NCBI GenBank assembly: GCA_963767005.1
Contig: CAVYCN010000012.1
Location: 96,001 to 160,000 of the forward strand
DNA length: 64,000 nt
Origin: an uncultured Actinomycetes bacterium
Lineage (GTDB): Bacteria > Actinomycetota > Thermoleophilia > UBA2241
Direction: 5' to 3'
Shown: positions 25,152 through 34,479 of the stretch, piece after piece
Position numbering within the stretch: position 1 is the first letter of the stretch
Layout of the letters: every line of letters starts with the position of its first letter
Notes under the pieces: model-generated
Database searches by the model: none
Seen by the model: the letters and a program-made list of their open reading frames with translations, nothing else
Told to the model about the DNA's origin: nothing
Program-made: the position numbers and the translations under genes

Positions 25152-26450
25152 ATGAACACGGGCGGCGCAAGCGGCCGCCCGGCATCGCCGTCCGTCGTCC
25201 TTCTCGAGACGGCCGCGGCAAACCGCGCCGGCGAGCGCGCCGGTGTGTCCTCTGTGTGCTCGGCGAACAGGTTCGTGCTTGAGGCCGCCCTCGCTGCGGC
25301 GGCGGCGGCCGGCTCCGTGGCGCTGATCGAGTCGACCTGCAACCAGGTCAACCAGTTCGGCGGCTACACCGGCATGACGCCGGCGGCGTTTCGCGACCAC
25401 GTGCTCGCGCTTGCCGGCGCGGCCGGCTGCGACCCGGCTCGTGTCATCATCGGCGGCGACCATCTCGGCCCCTACGTCTGGCGCGCCGAGCCGGCCGACC
25501 AGGCAATGGCGCGGGCGTGCGACCTCGTGCGTGAGTGCGTGCAGGCCGGCTACACCAAGATCCACCTCGACGCCAGCATGCGGCTGGGCGACGACCCGGG
25601 GCCGTCCGGGGCTCCGCCCGACACGCGCCTCGCAGCCGAACGCGCCGCCGAACTCGCCGCGGCGGCCGAGTCCGCCCTGGACGGGCTGCCGGCCGGCAGC
25701 CCGCCCCCCGTGTACGTCGTCGGCACCGAGGTCCCCATCCCCGGCGGCGAGCTCGCCGGCAGCGGCGCGATCGCCGTCACACGCCCGCGCGACGCCGAGC
25801 GCACGCTCGTTGCCACCGAGGACGCCTTTCGCCGCCGCGGCCTGGGCGACGCCTGGTCGCGGGTCCTCGCCCTCGTCGTCCAGCCGGGGGTCGATTTCGG
25901 CGGCGAGACGATCACGCGCTACGACCGCGGGCCGGCCCGCGAACTCGTCGCCTGGCTCGAGGGCCTGCCGTCGCCGCTCGTGTTCGAGGCGCACTCGACC
26001 GACTACCAGACGGCCGCCGCCCTGTCCGAGCTCGTGTCAGACCATTTCGCCGTCCTCAAGGTCGGTCCGGCGCTGACCTTCGCCTTTCGCGAGGCGGTGT
26101 TCGCCCTCGAGGCGGCCGAGCAGGCGGCGCTGGCCGACGCGCGCGCCGGCGGCCCGCCCTCGCGCCTGCGCCATGTCCTGGAGCGGGCGATGCGTGCCGA
26201 TCCCCGCCATTGGCGGCCGTACGCCGAGAGCGACGACGACCTGGCGCGAGCGGCCTACGGCTTGAGCGACCGGGCCCGATACTACTGGGCCGAGCCGGAT
26301 GTAGAGCGCGCCCTCGGGAGGCTGCTGGCCGACCTCGGTCCGGGACGCGTGCCGGCGGAGGGCCTGTCGACCGACGAGCCGCGGTCGTTCATCCGTCGGT
26401 GCGTCGGCGAGGCGCTCGCGCCGTACGAGACGGCCTGCGGCTCACGGTAG
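25152..26450 (+). CDS. gatZ: GatZ/KbaZ family protein (tagatose-6-phosphate 4-epimerase / aldolase non-catalytic subunit)
   Basis: SVCSA, ESTCNQVNQFGGYTGMTP, GGDHLGP, KIHLDAS, GTEVPIPGG, FEAHSTDYQ and KVGPALTF motifs. Confidence 0.9.
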   Translation: MNTGGASGRPASPSVVLLETAAANRAGERAGVSSVCSANRFVLEAALAAAAAAGSVALIESTCNQVNQFGGYTGMTPAAFRDHVLALAGAAGCDPARVIIGGDHLGPYVWRAEPADQAMARACDLVRECVQAGYTKIHLDASMRLGDDPGPSGAPPDTRLAAERAAELAAAAESALDGLPAGSPPPVYVVGTEVPIPGGELAGSGAIAVTRPRDAERTLVATEDAFRRRGLGDAWSRVLALVVQPGVDFGGETITRYDRGPARELVAWLEGLPSPLVFEAHSTDYQTAAALSELVSDHFAVLKVGPALTFAFREAVFALEAAEQAALADARAGGPPSRLRHVLERAMRADPRHWRPYAESDDDLARAAYGLSDRARYYWAEPDVERALGRLLADLGPGRVPAEGLSTDEPRSFIRRCVGEALAPYETACGSR

Positions 26451-26537
26451 ACGCCTCGCCGGCCCGACCGTCCGTCGCAAGGAAGCAGAGTTCGAGGAGC
26501 GCGCCCGTTCGGGTGGTGGCGGCTCGGCGTCCGCGTG

Positions 26538-27686
26538 TCAGGCGGTCGCCGCGGCGACCGCCTCGACGGCGAGCGACTCCCCGGTCGCCGGGTCGAACAC
26601 GTGCACCGCGTCGGGCGCAAGGCCGAGGGGCAGCTTCGCGCCGCACTCGAAGCGCGTGAGCCCCTTGAGGCGCGCGCAGACCCGCGCTCGCGAGCCCGGC
26701 AGGGGGGGCGGCAGCGACGGGTCGATCTCGATCGAGGCGATCTCGCCCGGCACCTCGCCATAGACGAGCGTCTCGTTGCCCAGCTCCTCGACGACGTCGA
26801 CCACCATCTCGAGGCCCGGGCGGCCGGGGCTCTCGGCCGCGAGCGCCAGCGCCTCGGGCCGGAAGCCCAGTACGACCGGACCATCGACCGCGGCGGTGAC
26901 CCGGAGCTCGAGGTCGCCGGCGCGCAGGAACCCGCCGGCGACCTCGCCGCGCAGCAGGTTCATGGAAGGCGTGCCCATGAAGGCCGCCACGAACAGGTTC
27001 CGGGGCCGGCGGAACACCTCGCGCGGCGTGCCGAGCTGCAGCAGCCGGCCGCTGTTCAGCACCGCGATGCGGTCGCCGAGCGTCATGGCCTCGGCCTGGT
27101 CGTGCGTGACATAGAGGCTGGTGACGCCCACCCGGCGCTGCAGCTCAAGGATCTCGGAGCGCATCTGCCCGCGCAGCTTCGCGTCCAGGTTGCTGAGCGG
27201 CTCGTCGAGCAGAAAGACGCGCGGCTCGCGCACGAGCGCGCGGCCCATGGCGACGCGCTGCGACTGGCCGCCCGACAGCTCGGCGGGGCGCCGGTCGAGC
27301 AGCGCGTCGAGGCCGAGGACGGCGCTCATGGCGCGTACGCGCCGGTCGGTCTCGGCGCGCGAGACGCCGTGCTCGCGCAGGCCGAAGGCGAGGTTGCGGT
27401 AGACCGTGAGGTACGGGTAGAGCGCGTAGTTCTGAAAGACCATGGCCACGTCGCGCTTGCGCGGCGGCAGCTCCTGGACCTCGTGGCCGCCGATCAGGAT
27501 GCGGCCGCTCGTCGGGCTCTCGAGGCCGGCCACGCAGCGCAGCGCCGTCGTCTTGCCGCAGCCCGACGGCCCCACCATGATCAGCATCTCGCCATCGCCG
27601 ATCTCGAGGTCGAGGCCTTCGAGCGCCACGACCGGCGGCTTGCCGCGAAAGACCTTGCGCACGCCCTCGAGTGTGACCGTCGCCAT
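26538..27686 (-). CDS. Sugar ABC transporter ATP-binding protein (MalK/MsmK-like)
   Basis: GPSGCGKTT, VFQNYALYP, LSGGQSQR and LLDEPLSNLD motifs; ATG after GAGGGAAG. Confidence 0.92.
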   Translation of the reverse strand: MATVTLEGVRKVFRGKPPVVALEGLDLEIGDGEMLIMVGPSGCGKTTALRCVAGLESPTSGRILIGGHEVQELPPRKRDVAMVFQNYALYPYLTVYRNLAFGLREHGVSRAETDRRVRAMSAVLGLDALLDRRPAELSGGQSQRVAMGRALVREPRVFLLDEPLSNLDAKLRGQMRSEILELQRRVGVTSLYVTHDQAEAMTLGDRIAVLNSGRLLQLGTPREVFRRPRNLFVAAFMGTPSMNLLRGEVAGGFLRAGDLELRVTAAVDGPVVLGFRPEALALAAESPGRPGLEMVVDVVEELGNETLVYGEVPGEIASIEIDPSLPPPLPGSRARVCARLKGLTRFECGAKLPLGLAPDAVHVFDPATGESLAVEAVAAATA

Positions 27687-27706
27687 GGTGAGCTTCCCTT
27701 CTCTTT

Positions 27707-28636
27707 CTAACCCTTCAGTCCCTGGGTCGCCAGCGACTGCACGAACCAGCGCTGCGAGACCACGAACACAGCGAGCATCGGTAGCTGGGTCATCACGGTG
27801 CCGGCCATGATCAGGGGCCAGTTGATGTTGTGGGCGCCCTGGAACGTCATGAGGCCGAGCTGCAGCGTGTAGTTCTTCTCGGACTGGATGGCGATCAGGG
27901 GCCAGAGGAAGTCGTTCCAGGTCCACAGCAGCGTCATGATACCGACCGTGGCGAGCGGAGCGCGCATCGCCGGCATCACCACCTTGAAGAGCGTGCCGAG
28001 CCGGCCGGCGCCGTCGATGCGGGCCGCCTCTTCGATCTCGACCGGCACGGTCTTGAAGAACTGGCGCAGCAGGAACACGCCGAACGGGGTCACGAGGTTG
28101 GGCGCCATGAGCGCCGGCAGCGTGTCGACCAGGCCGAGTCCGCGCACGATCAGCAGCGTGGGCACCATCACCACCTGGAAGGGCACCATCAGCGTGGCCA
28201 GGATCACGAGGAACAGGGCGCCGTTGCCGAAGAACCGCAGGCGCGCCAGCGCGTAGCCGGCGAGGCTGCAGAACAGCAGGTTGGTGACCACGCAGGTGCC
28301 CGACACGATCGTCGTGTTGGCGAGCCAGCGGCCGAACGGCGCCTGGGTCCAGGCCGAGACGTAGTTGTGCCACTGAAAGGCGAAGTGCAGCCCGAACGTG
28401 CGCGACTGGGCGAGCGTCTGGAAGCTCGTGACGACGAGCCAGAAGAAGGGAAAGAGCATGACCACGGCGAGCGGGATCAGCACCAGGTGCCACCAGCTCG
28501 GCAGGCGGCGGCGGCGCTCCCGAAGCTCGTCGGGCCGCACCGCGCCGGGGGCCGCCCCCGCGCCGCCGGGCAGCACCCCGGCGCCGGCCAGGGCCGGTGT
28601 CTCGAGCCCGCTGTCGCTGCGCGCGCCCACCGTCAC
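27707..28636 (-). CDS. Carbohydrate ABC transporter permease (MalG-like)
   Basis: EEAARIDGAG EAA loop and WNDFLWP motif; start overlaps the upstream stop. Confidence 0.9.
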   Translation of the reverse strand: MTVGARSDSGLETPALAGAGVLPGGAGAAPGAVRPDELRERRRRLPSWWHLVLIPLAVVMLFPFFWLVVTSFQTLAQSRTFGLHFAFQWHNYVSAWTQAPFGRWLANTTIVSGTCVVTNLLFCSLAGYALARLRFFGNGALFLVILATLMVPFQVVMVPTLLIVRGLGLVDTLPALMAPNLVTPFGVFLLRQFFKTVPVEIEEAARIDGAGRLGTLFKVVMPAMRAPLATVGIMTLLWTWNDFLWPLIAIQSEKNYTLQLGLMTFQGAHNINWPLIMAGTVMTQLPMLAVFVVSQRWFVQSLATQGLKG

Positions 28637-29622
28637 GAGCGGTAGTGGACGAGCAGGCGGCCGGCCAGGAGCTGGACCACGGTGAGCGCGAGGATGCCGA
28701 TGAACAGCACGTAGGCGATCGCCGTGGCGTAGCCCGCGTCGAAGTACGAGAAGGCCTGCTGGAACAGGTAGTAGACGACCACCGTCGTGCTGTCCAGCGG
28801 GCCGCCCCTCGTGATCACGTAGATCTCGTCGAAGAGCTGCAGGGCGTTGATCGTGAGCCACACGACGAGGAACAGGGTGGTCGGTCCGAGCAGCGGGAAC
28901 TGCACGCGCCAGAAGGCGCGCCAGCGGGTCGCGCCGTCGATCTCGGCCGCCTCGAGCAGCTCGCGCGGGATGCCCTGCAGCGCCGCGAGGTAGATCACGA
29001 CGGCGAAGCCGAGCCAGCCCCAGACGGTCACGACGACGATGCACCAGAGCGCCTGGCCGGGGTCCTGGAAGAAGCTCTGCGAGGCCAGGCCGACCTTGTT
29101 GAGAAAGAGATTCACGATCCCGAAGTAGGGGTCGAGCAGCCAGCTGAACATGATGGCCGTCGCGACCGTCGAGGTCACGACGGGGGCGAACACGGCGGTG
29201 CGGTAGAAGCGCATGCCGGTCAGGCGCCGGTTGAGCGCCACCGCGACGGCGAGCGAGCCGAACAGCGTGATCGGCACGAACACGACGGTGTACTCGATCG
29301 TGCGCCGCACCGACGCGGTGAAGACCGGGTCGTGCAACAGGCGCCGGTAGTTGGCGAGGCCGGCCCACGTGCCGCTCGTGTCGAGCGAGTTGTGCTGGAA
29401 CGAGATGACGAACGACCAGGCGATCGGCGCCACGCCGAAGAGCCCGATCAGCACCACGGCCGGCGAGACGAAGAGCCAGCCGGCCAGGTGGTCCGAGGCG
29501 AGCAGGCGGTCCCACAGGCTCGCCCGGGCGCCGCGTCGCGGAGCGCGGCCCCGGCCGGTGGCGCCGGCGGGCGTCGCCGGATGACCGGCGCCCGCCGCCG
29601 TCGCCCCTCGCTCCCCCGTCAT
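28633..29622 (-). CDS. Carbohydrate ABC transporter permease (MalF-like)
   Basis: GLANY, EAAEIDGA, TRGGP and GYATAIA motifs. Confidence 0.9.
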   Translation of the reverse strand: MTGERGATAAGAGHPATPAGATGRGRAPRRGARASLWDRLLASDHLAGWLFVSPAVVLIGLFGVAPIAWSFVISFQHNSLDTSGTWAGLANYRRLLHDPVFTASVRRTIEYTVVFVPITLFGSLAVAVALNRRLTGMRFYRTAVFAPVVTSTVATAIMFSWLLDPYFGIVNLFLNKVGLASQSFFQDPGQALWCIVVVTVWGWLGFAVVIYLAALQGIPRELLEAAEIDGATRWRAFWRVQFPLLGPTTLFLVVWLTINALQLFDEIYVITRGGPLDSTTVVVYYLFQQAFSYFDAGYATAIAYVLFIGILALTVVQLLAGRLLVHYRS

Positions 29623-29632
29623 CGCCCGCGGG

Positions 29633-30940
29633 TCACATGCCCGAGGCGATGTCGCCGTCGACCTGCTGTGCCGCCTGCTGCAGCGCCTGCTGCGGGGTGT
29701 ACTTGCCGAGCAGCACGCCCTGGATGGCCTGGCCGAGGTCGGCCGAGATCTTCGGGTAGGCGGCGATGTTGGGCCGCGCCTTGGTCACGTTCTTCAGGTT
29801 GGCCACGAACACCGCCGCCGCCGGGTACTTCGCCAGGTACGTCTTGTAGCCCGGCAGGCTGGTCTCGGCGGTGCTGAGCGGCAGGTCGCCGGTCGCGATC
29901 GCGAACTGCAGGTGCTGCTGCGGCGCCGTGAACCACTTGATGAACTGCCAGGCGCCGTTCAGGCGGCCCGCCCCGTTGTTCAGCACGACGTAGTTGTCGG
30001 GCCCCGCGATCGTGGCGTGCGTCACGTCGCCCGGCAGGATCTGCACGCCGAAGCTCACGTCCTTGTTGATCGACGAGATGTCCCAGGGGCCGGTCCACAG
30101 CATCGCGATCTTGCCGGCGTTGAACAGGTTCAGGTAGTTGTCGTTGCCGCTGTCGAGGTAGATCGAGTGGTCCTGGTTGGCCATGTCGTAGAGCAGCGTC
30201 ATGGCCTTGAGGCCGGCCGGCGAGTCGAACGCGGCCTTCGTGTTGTCGGGGGTGAGCAGGTCGCCGCCCGCCTGCCAGAGCAGCGCCAGGAAACGCCAGA
30301 CGGTGTCCTCGCTGGCGTCGTTCACATAGGCCCAGCCGAACTGCTTGGCCCCCGGGTCGGTCAGCTTCTTGGCCGCGGCGCGGAAGTCGTCCCAGGTCCA
30401 CTGCGCCGTCGGGTACGGCACGCCCGCCTTGTCGAAGAGGGCCTTGTTGTAGACGAGCGCCAGGTTGTCGACCAGGGCCGGCACGCCCAGCACCTTGCCG
30501 TTCACCATGGCTGCCAGGCGCACCGCCGGGAAGAAGTCGTTCCAGCCGAAGGCCGGGTCGTTCACCCGCGAGGTCAGGTCGACCACCTGGGGAAGCTGCG
30601 CGAGCAGCGCCATCGACGAGCCGTACTGGTACGAGATGTCGGGCGCCTTGCCGGCGGCGAGGGCGGTGCGCAGCTTGGTCAGGGCGTAGTCGTTGTTGCC
30701 GGCAAAGACGGCCTGCACCTTGTACGGCGGGTTCGTCGCGTCGTACTGGGTGACCATGTGCTCGATCGCGGCGCGCTCGACGTCGGTGTAGCCGTGCCAG
30801 ATCGTGACCGTGCCGGTGCTCGAGGCGCCCGACCCGGAGCCGCCCGACGAGGAGCTTCCCCCGCAGCCGGCCACGAAGAGCAGGGTGAGGACGGCGACGC
30901 AGACGACCGTCGCCGCACCTCCGAGGCGAGAGCGTGTCAT
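29633..30940 (-). CDS. Carbohydrate ABC transporter substrate-binding lipoprotein
   Basis: Lipobox VAGC, Ser/Gly linker, YNKALF and WTWDDF motifs. Confidence 0.9.
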   Translation of the reverse strand: MTRSRLGGAATVVCVAVLTLLFVAGCGGSSSSGGSGSGASSTGTVTIWHGYTDVERAAIEHMVTQYDATNPPYKVQAVFAGNNDYALTKLRTALAAGKAPDISYQYGSSMALLAQLPQVVDLTSRVNDPAFGWNDFFPAVRLAAMVNGKVLGVPALVDNLALVYNKALFDKAGVPYPTAQWTWDDFRAAAKKLTDPGAKQFGWAYVNDASEDTVWRFLALLWQAGGDLLTPDNTKAAFDSPAGLKAMTLLYDMANQDHSIYLDSGNDNYLNLFNAGKIAMLWTGPWDISSINKDVSFGVQILPGDVTHATIAGPDNYVVLNNGAGRLNGAWQFIKWFTAPQQHLQFAIATGDLPLSTAETSLPGYKTYLAKYPAAAVFVANLKNVTKARPNIAAYPKISADLGQAIQGVLLGKYTPQQALQQAAQQVDGDIASGM

Positions 30941-30956
30941 CTCGGTACCTCCATCG

Positions 30957-31880
30957 TCAGGATGGTCCGGTCGCGGTGCGCACGCTCCGGTCGCCGCTCA
31001 ATATGACGGAGCGCGTGAGGTGGCGCGGACGGTCGCAGTCGAGCCCGCGGCTCTCGGCCGTCGCCACGGCGAAGCGCTGGGCAAGAACGAGCGCGGCCAG
31101 CGGCTCGAGCGCGGCGGTATCGGCCAGAGTGGCGCCGGTCGCCAGGATCTCGCCGGCAAGGTCCGCCGGCAGCGGCCCGAACGGCCAGACGGCGCGGCCC
31201 GGCTGGGCGATGCTGATCGGCCCGTGGCGATACTCCATCGCCGGATACGCTTCGGTCCACGCCTGGGCCGCCTCGCGCAGCTTGAGCGCCGCCTCGCTGG
31301 CGAGGCCGGCCGTCCAGCCGGTACCGAGGAAGGTGACCTGGTCGATCGCGCCCGGCTCGAGCGGGAGCGGCGCGGCGAGGGCCGCCTCGGCGGCCCTCGC
31401 CGCGCCCTCCACGTCGTCACCGAGCGACGCCCGCAGCAAGGCCAGCGCGGTCGTCGCGAAGCGCGTCTGCACGACCGACTCCTCGTCGGCGAAGGCGAGG
31501 TCGACGACGGCCCCGGCACGTGTCGCGCAGGGCGAGTCGACGACCGCCGTCAGCAGCGTCGACCGCGTGCCCGGCGACAGCGCGTCGAGCAGCGCCGCGA
31601 TTTCGCTCGTCGTGCCCGAGCGCGAGATGGCGAGGACTCGGGCCCGGCCGCGCGAGGCCGGGAGCTCGGAGGCGGCGAAGGCGTCGGTGCGACCATCGCC
31701 GGCCGCCTCGCGCAACGCCGCGTAGGCCTGCGCCATGTAGAGCGACGTGCCGCAGCCAACGACCGCGACGTCCTCGCCGGGCGCCGGCAGGGCGGCACGC
31801 ACGGCGGGCCGCGCCGCGAGGGCGGCGGCCCGGCGCCAGCACGCCGGTTGCGTCGTGATCTCTTCAGCCGTCTTGCTCAT
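30957..31880 (-). CDS. agaS: SIS-domain sugar-phosphate isomerase/deaminase (AgaS-like)
   Basis: EITTQP, GCGTS, ISRSGTTSE, EESVVQT, LKLRE and EYRHGP motifs. Confidence 0.75.
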   Translation of the reverse strand: MSKTAEEITTQPACWRRAAALAARPAVRAALPAPGEDVAVVGCGTSLYMAQAYAALREAAGDGRTDAFAASELPASRGRARVLAISRSGTTSEIAALLDALSPGTRSTLLTAVVDSPCATRAGAVVDLAFADEESVVQTRFATTALALLRASLGDDVEGAARAAEAALAAPLPLEPGAIDQVTFLGTGWTAGLASEAALKLREAAQAWTEAYPAMEYRHGPISIAQPGRAVWPFGPLPADLAGEILATGATLADTAALEPLAALVLAQRFAVATAESRGLDCDRPRHLTRSVILSGDRSVRTATGPS

Positions 31881-32014
31881 TCTTGCGCAGATTACGCCCG
31901 AATCAATCAGACATCAACAGCAACTCGTCGGCGACGCACCGTCGCGTGTCCGTTCGTGCCCGAAACACGACCAATCGCGCAGAAGGAGTCACGGCGCTCT
32001 GGTACGATGGCGTC

Positions 32015-32776
32015 ATGCGACAGGACGAACGGCTGAGTCTCATCCTCGAGCGGCTGTCCCAGACAGGCTCCATCGGCGTGTCGGAGCTCGCTCGCGCGCT
32101 GCACGTCTCGACGGCGTCGGTGCGACGCGACCTGCGGCTGCTCGAGGAGCAGCATCTGCTCTCCCGCACACACGGCGGGGCGGTCTCCAACACGACGGCC
32201 TACGAGCTGCCGCTGCGCTACAAGAGCGGCAGCCACAAAGAGGAAAAGCGCCGCATCGCCGGCACGGCGGCGGCGCGGCTCGACGGCGCCGTCGCGACCG
32301 TGGGCATGACAGGCGGCACGACCACGACCGCTGTGGCCCGCATGCTGGTCGATCGCACGGCGCTCACCGTCGTCACGAACGCGCTCAACATCGCCTCCGA
32401 GCTCGCGCTACACCCGAACCTCAAGCTCATCGCGACCGGCGGCACGGCGCGCAGCGAGTCGTATGAGCTCGTCGGCCCCTTGGCCGAGGCCACCCTCGCC
32501 GGCCTCAACCTCGACCTCGCGATCGTCGGCGTCGACGGCATCTCGGTCGACGGCGGCCTTACCACGTACCACGAGGTCGAGGCCGCGACCAACCGCATGC
32601 TGATCTCGCGGGCGCGCCGGGTGGTCGTGGTCGCCGACGGCTCCAAGGTGGGCAGGCTGGCGCTCGCGCGGATCTGCCCGATCGACCTGGTCGACGAACT
32701 CATCACCGACGCCGGCGCCGAGCCCGCCGAGGTGGCGCGGCTGCGCTCGGCCGGCGTCGTCGTCACCGAGGTCTGA
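32015..32776 (+). CDS. DeoR/GlpR (AgaR-like) transcriptional regulator, likely leaderless
   Basis: VSTASVRRDL HTH, RTHGGA, GGTTT and TNALNIA motifs; TGnTACGAT -10 element 6 nt before the ATG. Confidence 0.9.
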   Translation: MRQDERLSLILERLSQTGSIGVSELARALHVSTASVRRDLRLLEEQHLLSRTHGGAVSNTTAYELPLRYKSGSHKEEKRRIAGTAAARLDGAVATVGMTGGTTTTAVARMLVDRTALTVVTNALNIASELALHPNLKLIATGGTARSESYELVGPLAEATLAGLNLDLAIVGVDGISVDGGLTTYHEVEAATNRMLISRARRVVVVADGSKVGRLALARICPIDLVDELITDAGAEPAEVARLRSAGVVVTEV

Positions 32777-32842
32777 GCGGGCCACGTGGCTGCGCCAGTG
32801 GGGCTGCGCCCGTAGGGCTGCGGCCCGTCACGGCCTGTGACG

Positions 32843-33121
32843 TCACGTACGCGGCTGTTCGGCGCTCTCGCCGGCCTCGCGCTGCTCTGCCAGGTACTGC
32901 TCGTGCGACGCCCGCATCATGCGCTCGACCCGGGGTGACACGCCGGCCCGGCGGCGGCGCTCCCACCACTCGTCGACGGGAATCTTCTTGAAGTGCTCGT
33001 ACCGCATCCAGAGAAGCGCCACCAGCACGAGCAGGACGACCTCGATCACCGCCAGGGCGATCAGGCGCACGCTGAGGGGCGGCGACAGCGGGATCTGGCC
33101 GATCAGCGCAACGAGGCTCAC
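32843..33121 (-). CDS. Small single-TM membrane protein at the end of the Rieske/cytochrome b operon
   Basis: GGAG SD before the GTG; hydrophobic LIALAVIEVVLLVLVALLW followed by a charged tail; 10 bp after the cytochrome c gene. Confidence 0.7.
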   Translation of the reverse strand: MSLVALIGQIPLSPPLSVRLIALAVIEVVLLVLVALLWMRYEHFKKIPVDEWWERRRRAGVSPRVERMMRASHEQYLAEQREAGESAEQPRT

Positions 33122-33131
33122 GACCGCTCCA

Positions 33132-34001
33132 TCACGGGCTCGCCGACGCCGCCGGTGAGCTCGGCGCCGAGCCGCCGGCCAGCGGCAGCGCCGCGAACGC
33201 CGGCGGCGCGGGCAGCTTGGCGCCGGCCGGCCCGTCCACGAGGTAGGGCAGGACCTTGGCGAGCTGCTGCGTCGACAGGATCTGGCCCCACGCCGGCATC
33301 AGCACCTCGCCGACCTTGCCGGGCGGCGGGATCGAGCCGTCGAGAATCGTCGCCCGCATGTCGGCGAGCGTCACGTCGTCGGCCGGGTTGCGCAGCAGCG
33401 GCACGGCCTTGTCGGGGCTGAGCGGGTTGGGCGCCGGCTTGGGCGTCGCGTTCGCGCCGACCTGGCCGTGGCAGGTGACGCAGCCGAACGCCGTGTAGAT
33501 GTCGCTCGCCGTCGCCGGGTTGGCGTCGTAGGAGGCGCCGGCGACCTGCGGGAAGCCGGCCAGGACGTAGGCCGCGATCGCGCTCGCCTGGGCGTCGTTC
33601 ACCACGCCCTTCCAGGACGGCATGTTGATGACGCCCGGCTTCTTGCTCAGGATGCTGCCCTGCAGCATGACCTGCGTGATCTGGGCGGCGCTGCGGAACT
33701 GCTCGCTCGGATCGCGGTAGGTGTTGTTCAGTGCGGGGATGGTGTCGTCGCCGCCGACGTTCAGCCGGTTCGGCACGCCGCCCACCCCGTTCGGGCCGTG
33801 ACAGCGGATGCAGGCAAAGGCCACGTACAGGGCGGCGCCGTCCTTCACCTGCTGGCTGACAGCCGCGGTGGTGCTCCCGCCGCTGGTCACCGGCGAGCCG
33901 CTCGAGGGCGCCTCGGGGGTGGCCAGGCTGGCGCAGCCGGCCGCGATCACGAGGGCCGCCACGAGGGCCGGCAACCCCAGCGCCAGGATGGTGCGTCTCA
34001 T
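33132..34001 (-). CDS. Diheme cytochrome c lipoprotein
   Basis: Lipobox IAAGC; two CxxCH motifs (CIRCH, CVTCH), each with a distal MP(S/A)W; ATG after AAGGGAGG. Confidence 0.88.
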   Translation of the reverse strand: MRRTILALGLPALVAALVIAAGCASLATPEAPSSGSPVTSGGSTTAAVSQQVKDGAALYVAFACIRCHGPNGVGGVPNRLNVGGDDTIPALNNTYRDPSEQFRSAAQITQVMLQGSILSKKPGVINMPSWKGVVNDAQASAIAAYVLAGFPQVAGASYDANPATASDIYTAFGCVTCHGQVGANATPKPAPNPLSPDKAVPLLRNPADDVTLADMRATILDGSIPPPGKVGEVLMPAWGQILSTQQLAKVLPYLVDGPAGAKLPAPPAFAALPLAGGSAPSSPAASASP

Positions 34002-34021
34002 GGGCCTCCCTTTCGGACTGG

Positions 34022-34465
34022 TCACGACACCGCCCCCCAGATCGTGAGCACGACCGTCGCGACGATGATCACGAGCGCGATGGTCGTCGTCACGGGCTTC
34101 TTCAGCGGGTTACGCACCGGGCTGCGGTCGACGAACGGCAGGACGACGAGCAGCACGACGATCACGGCGGGCACGATCAGGCCGATCTTCTCGGGGACCA
34201 CCTTGAGGAGCTGGAACAGGCTCAGGTAGTACCAGTCGGGCTTCGTGTTGGCAGGCGTCACGAGCGCGTTGGCGCGCTGGCCGAGCGGCGCCGGCCAGAG
34301 CAGCGCCAGGCCGCCGATCACGGCGAGGAACAAGAAGAGGATCATCACCTGCGAGGTGAACTCCTGCCAGAAGTACGGGATGAACTTCTCGCCCGGCGAG
34401 TGCTCGCGCTCCCAGTAGTAGCGCGACGTGTGCTCCTGGCGGGGCCTGTCGACGATGTCGGCCAT
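34022..34465 (-). CDS. petD: Cytochrome b C-terminal subunit (subunit IV, PetD-like)
   Basis: KPDWYYL (PEWY equivalent) and LPFVDR motifs; GGAGG SD. Confidence 0.82.
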   Translation of the reverse strand: MADIVDRPRQEHTSRYYWEREHSPGEKFIPYFWQEFTSQVMILFLFLAVIGGLALLWPAPLGQRANALVTPANTKPDWYYLSLFQLLKVVPEKIGLIVPAVIVVLLVVLPFVDRSPVRNPLKKPVTTTIALVIIVATVVLTIWGAVS

Positions 34466-34479
34466 CAGGCACGTCCTCC

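Noticed and set aside
26538-28493. Permease-ATPase fusion suggested by the 651-aa ORF
   Set aside because: The upstream part is out of frame with the permease; the ATPase has its own SD and ATG at 27686.
32785-32830. Short ggctgcgcc repeats between convergent genes
   Set aside because: Three degenerate 9-10-mers in GC-rich DNA; too weak to call a REP element.
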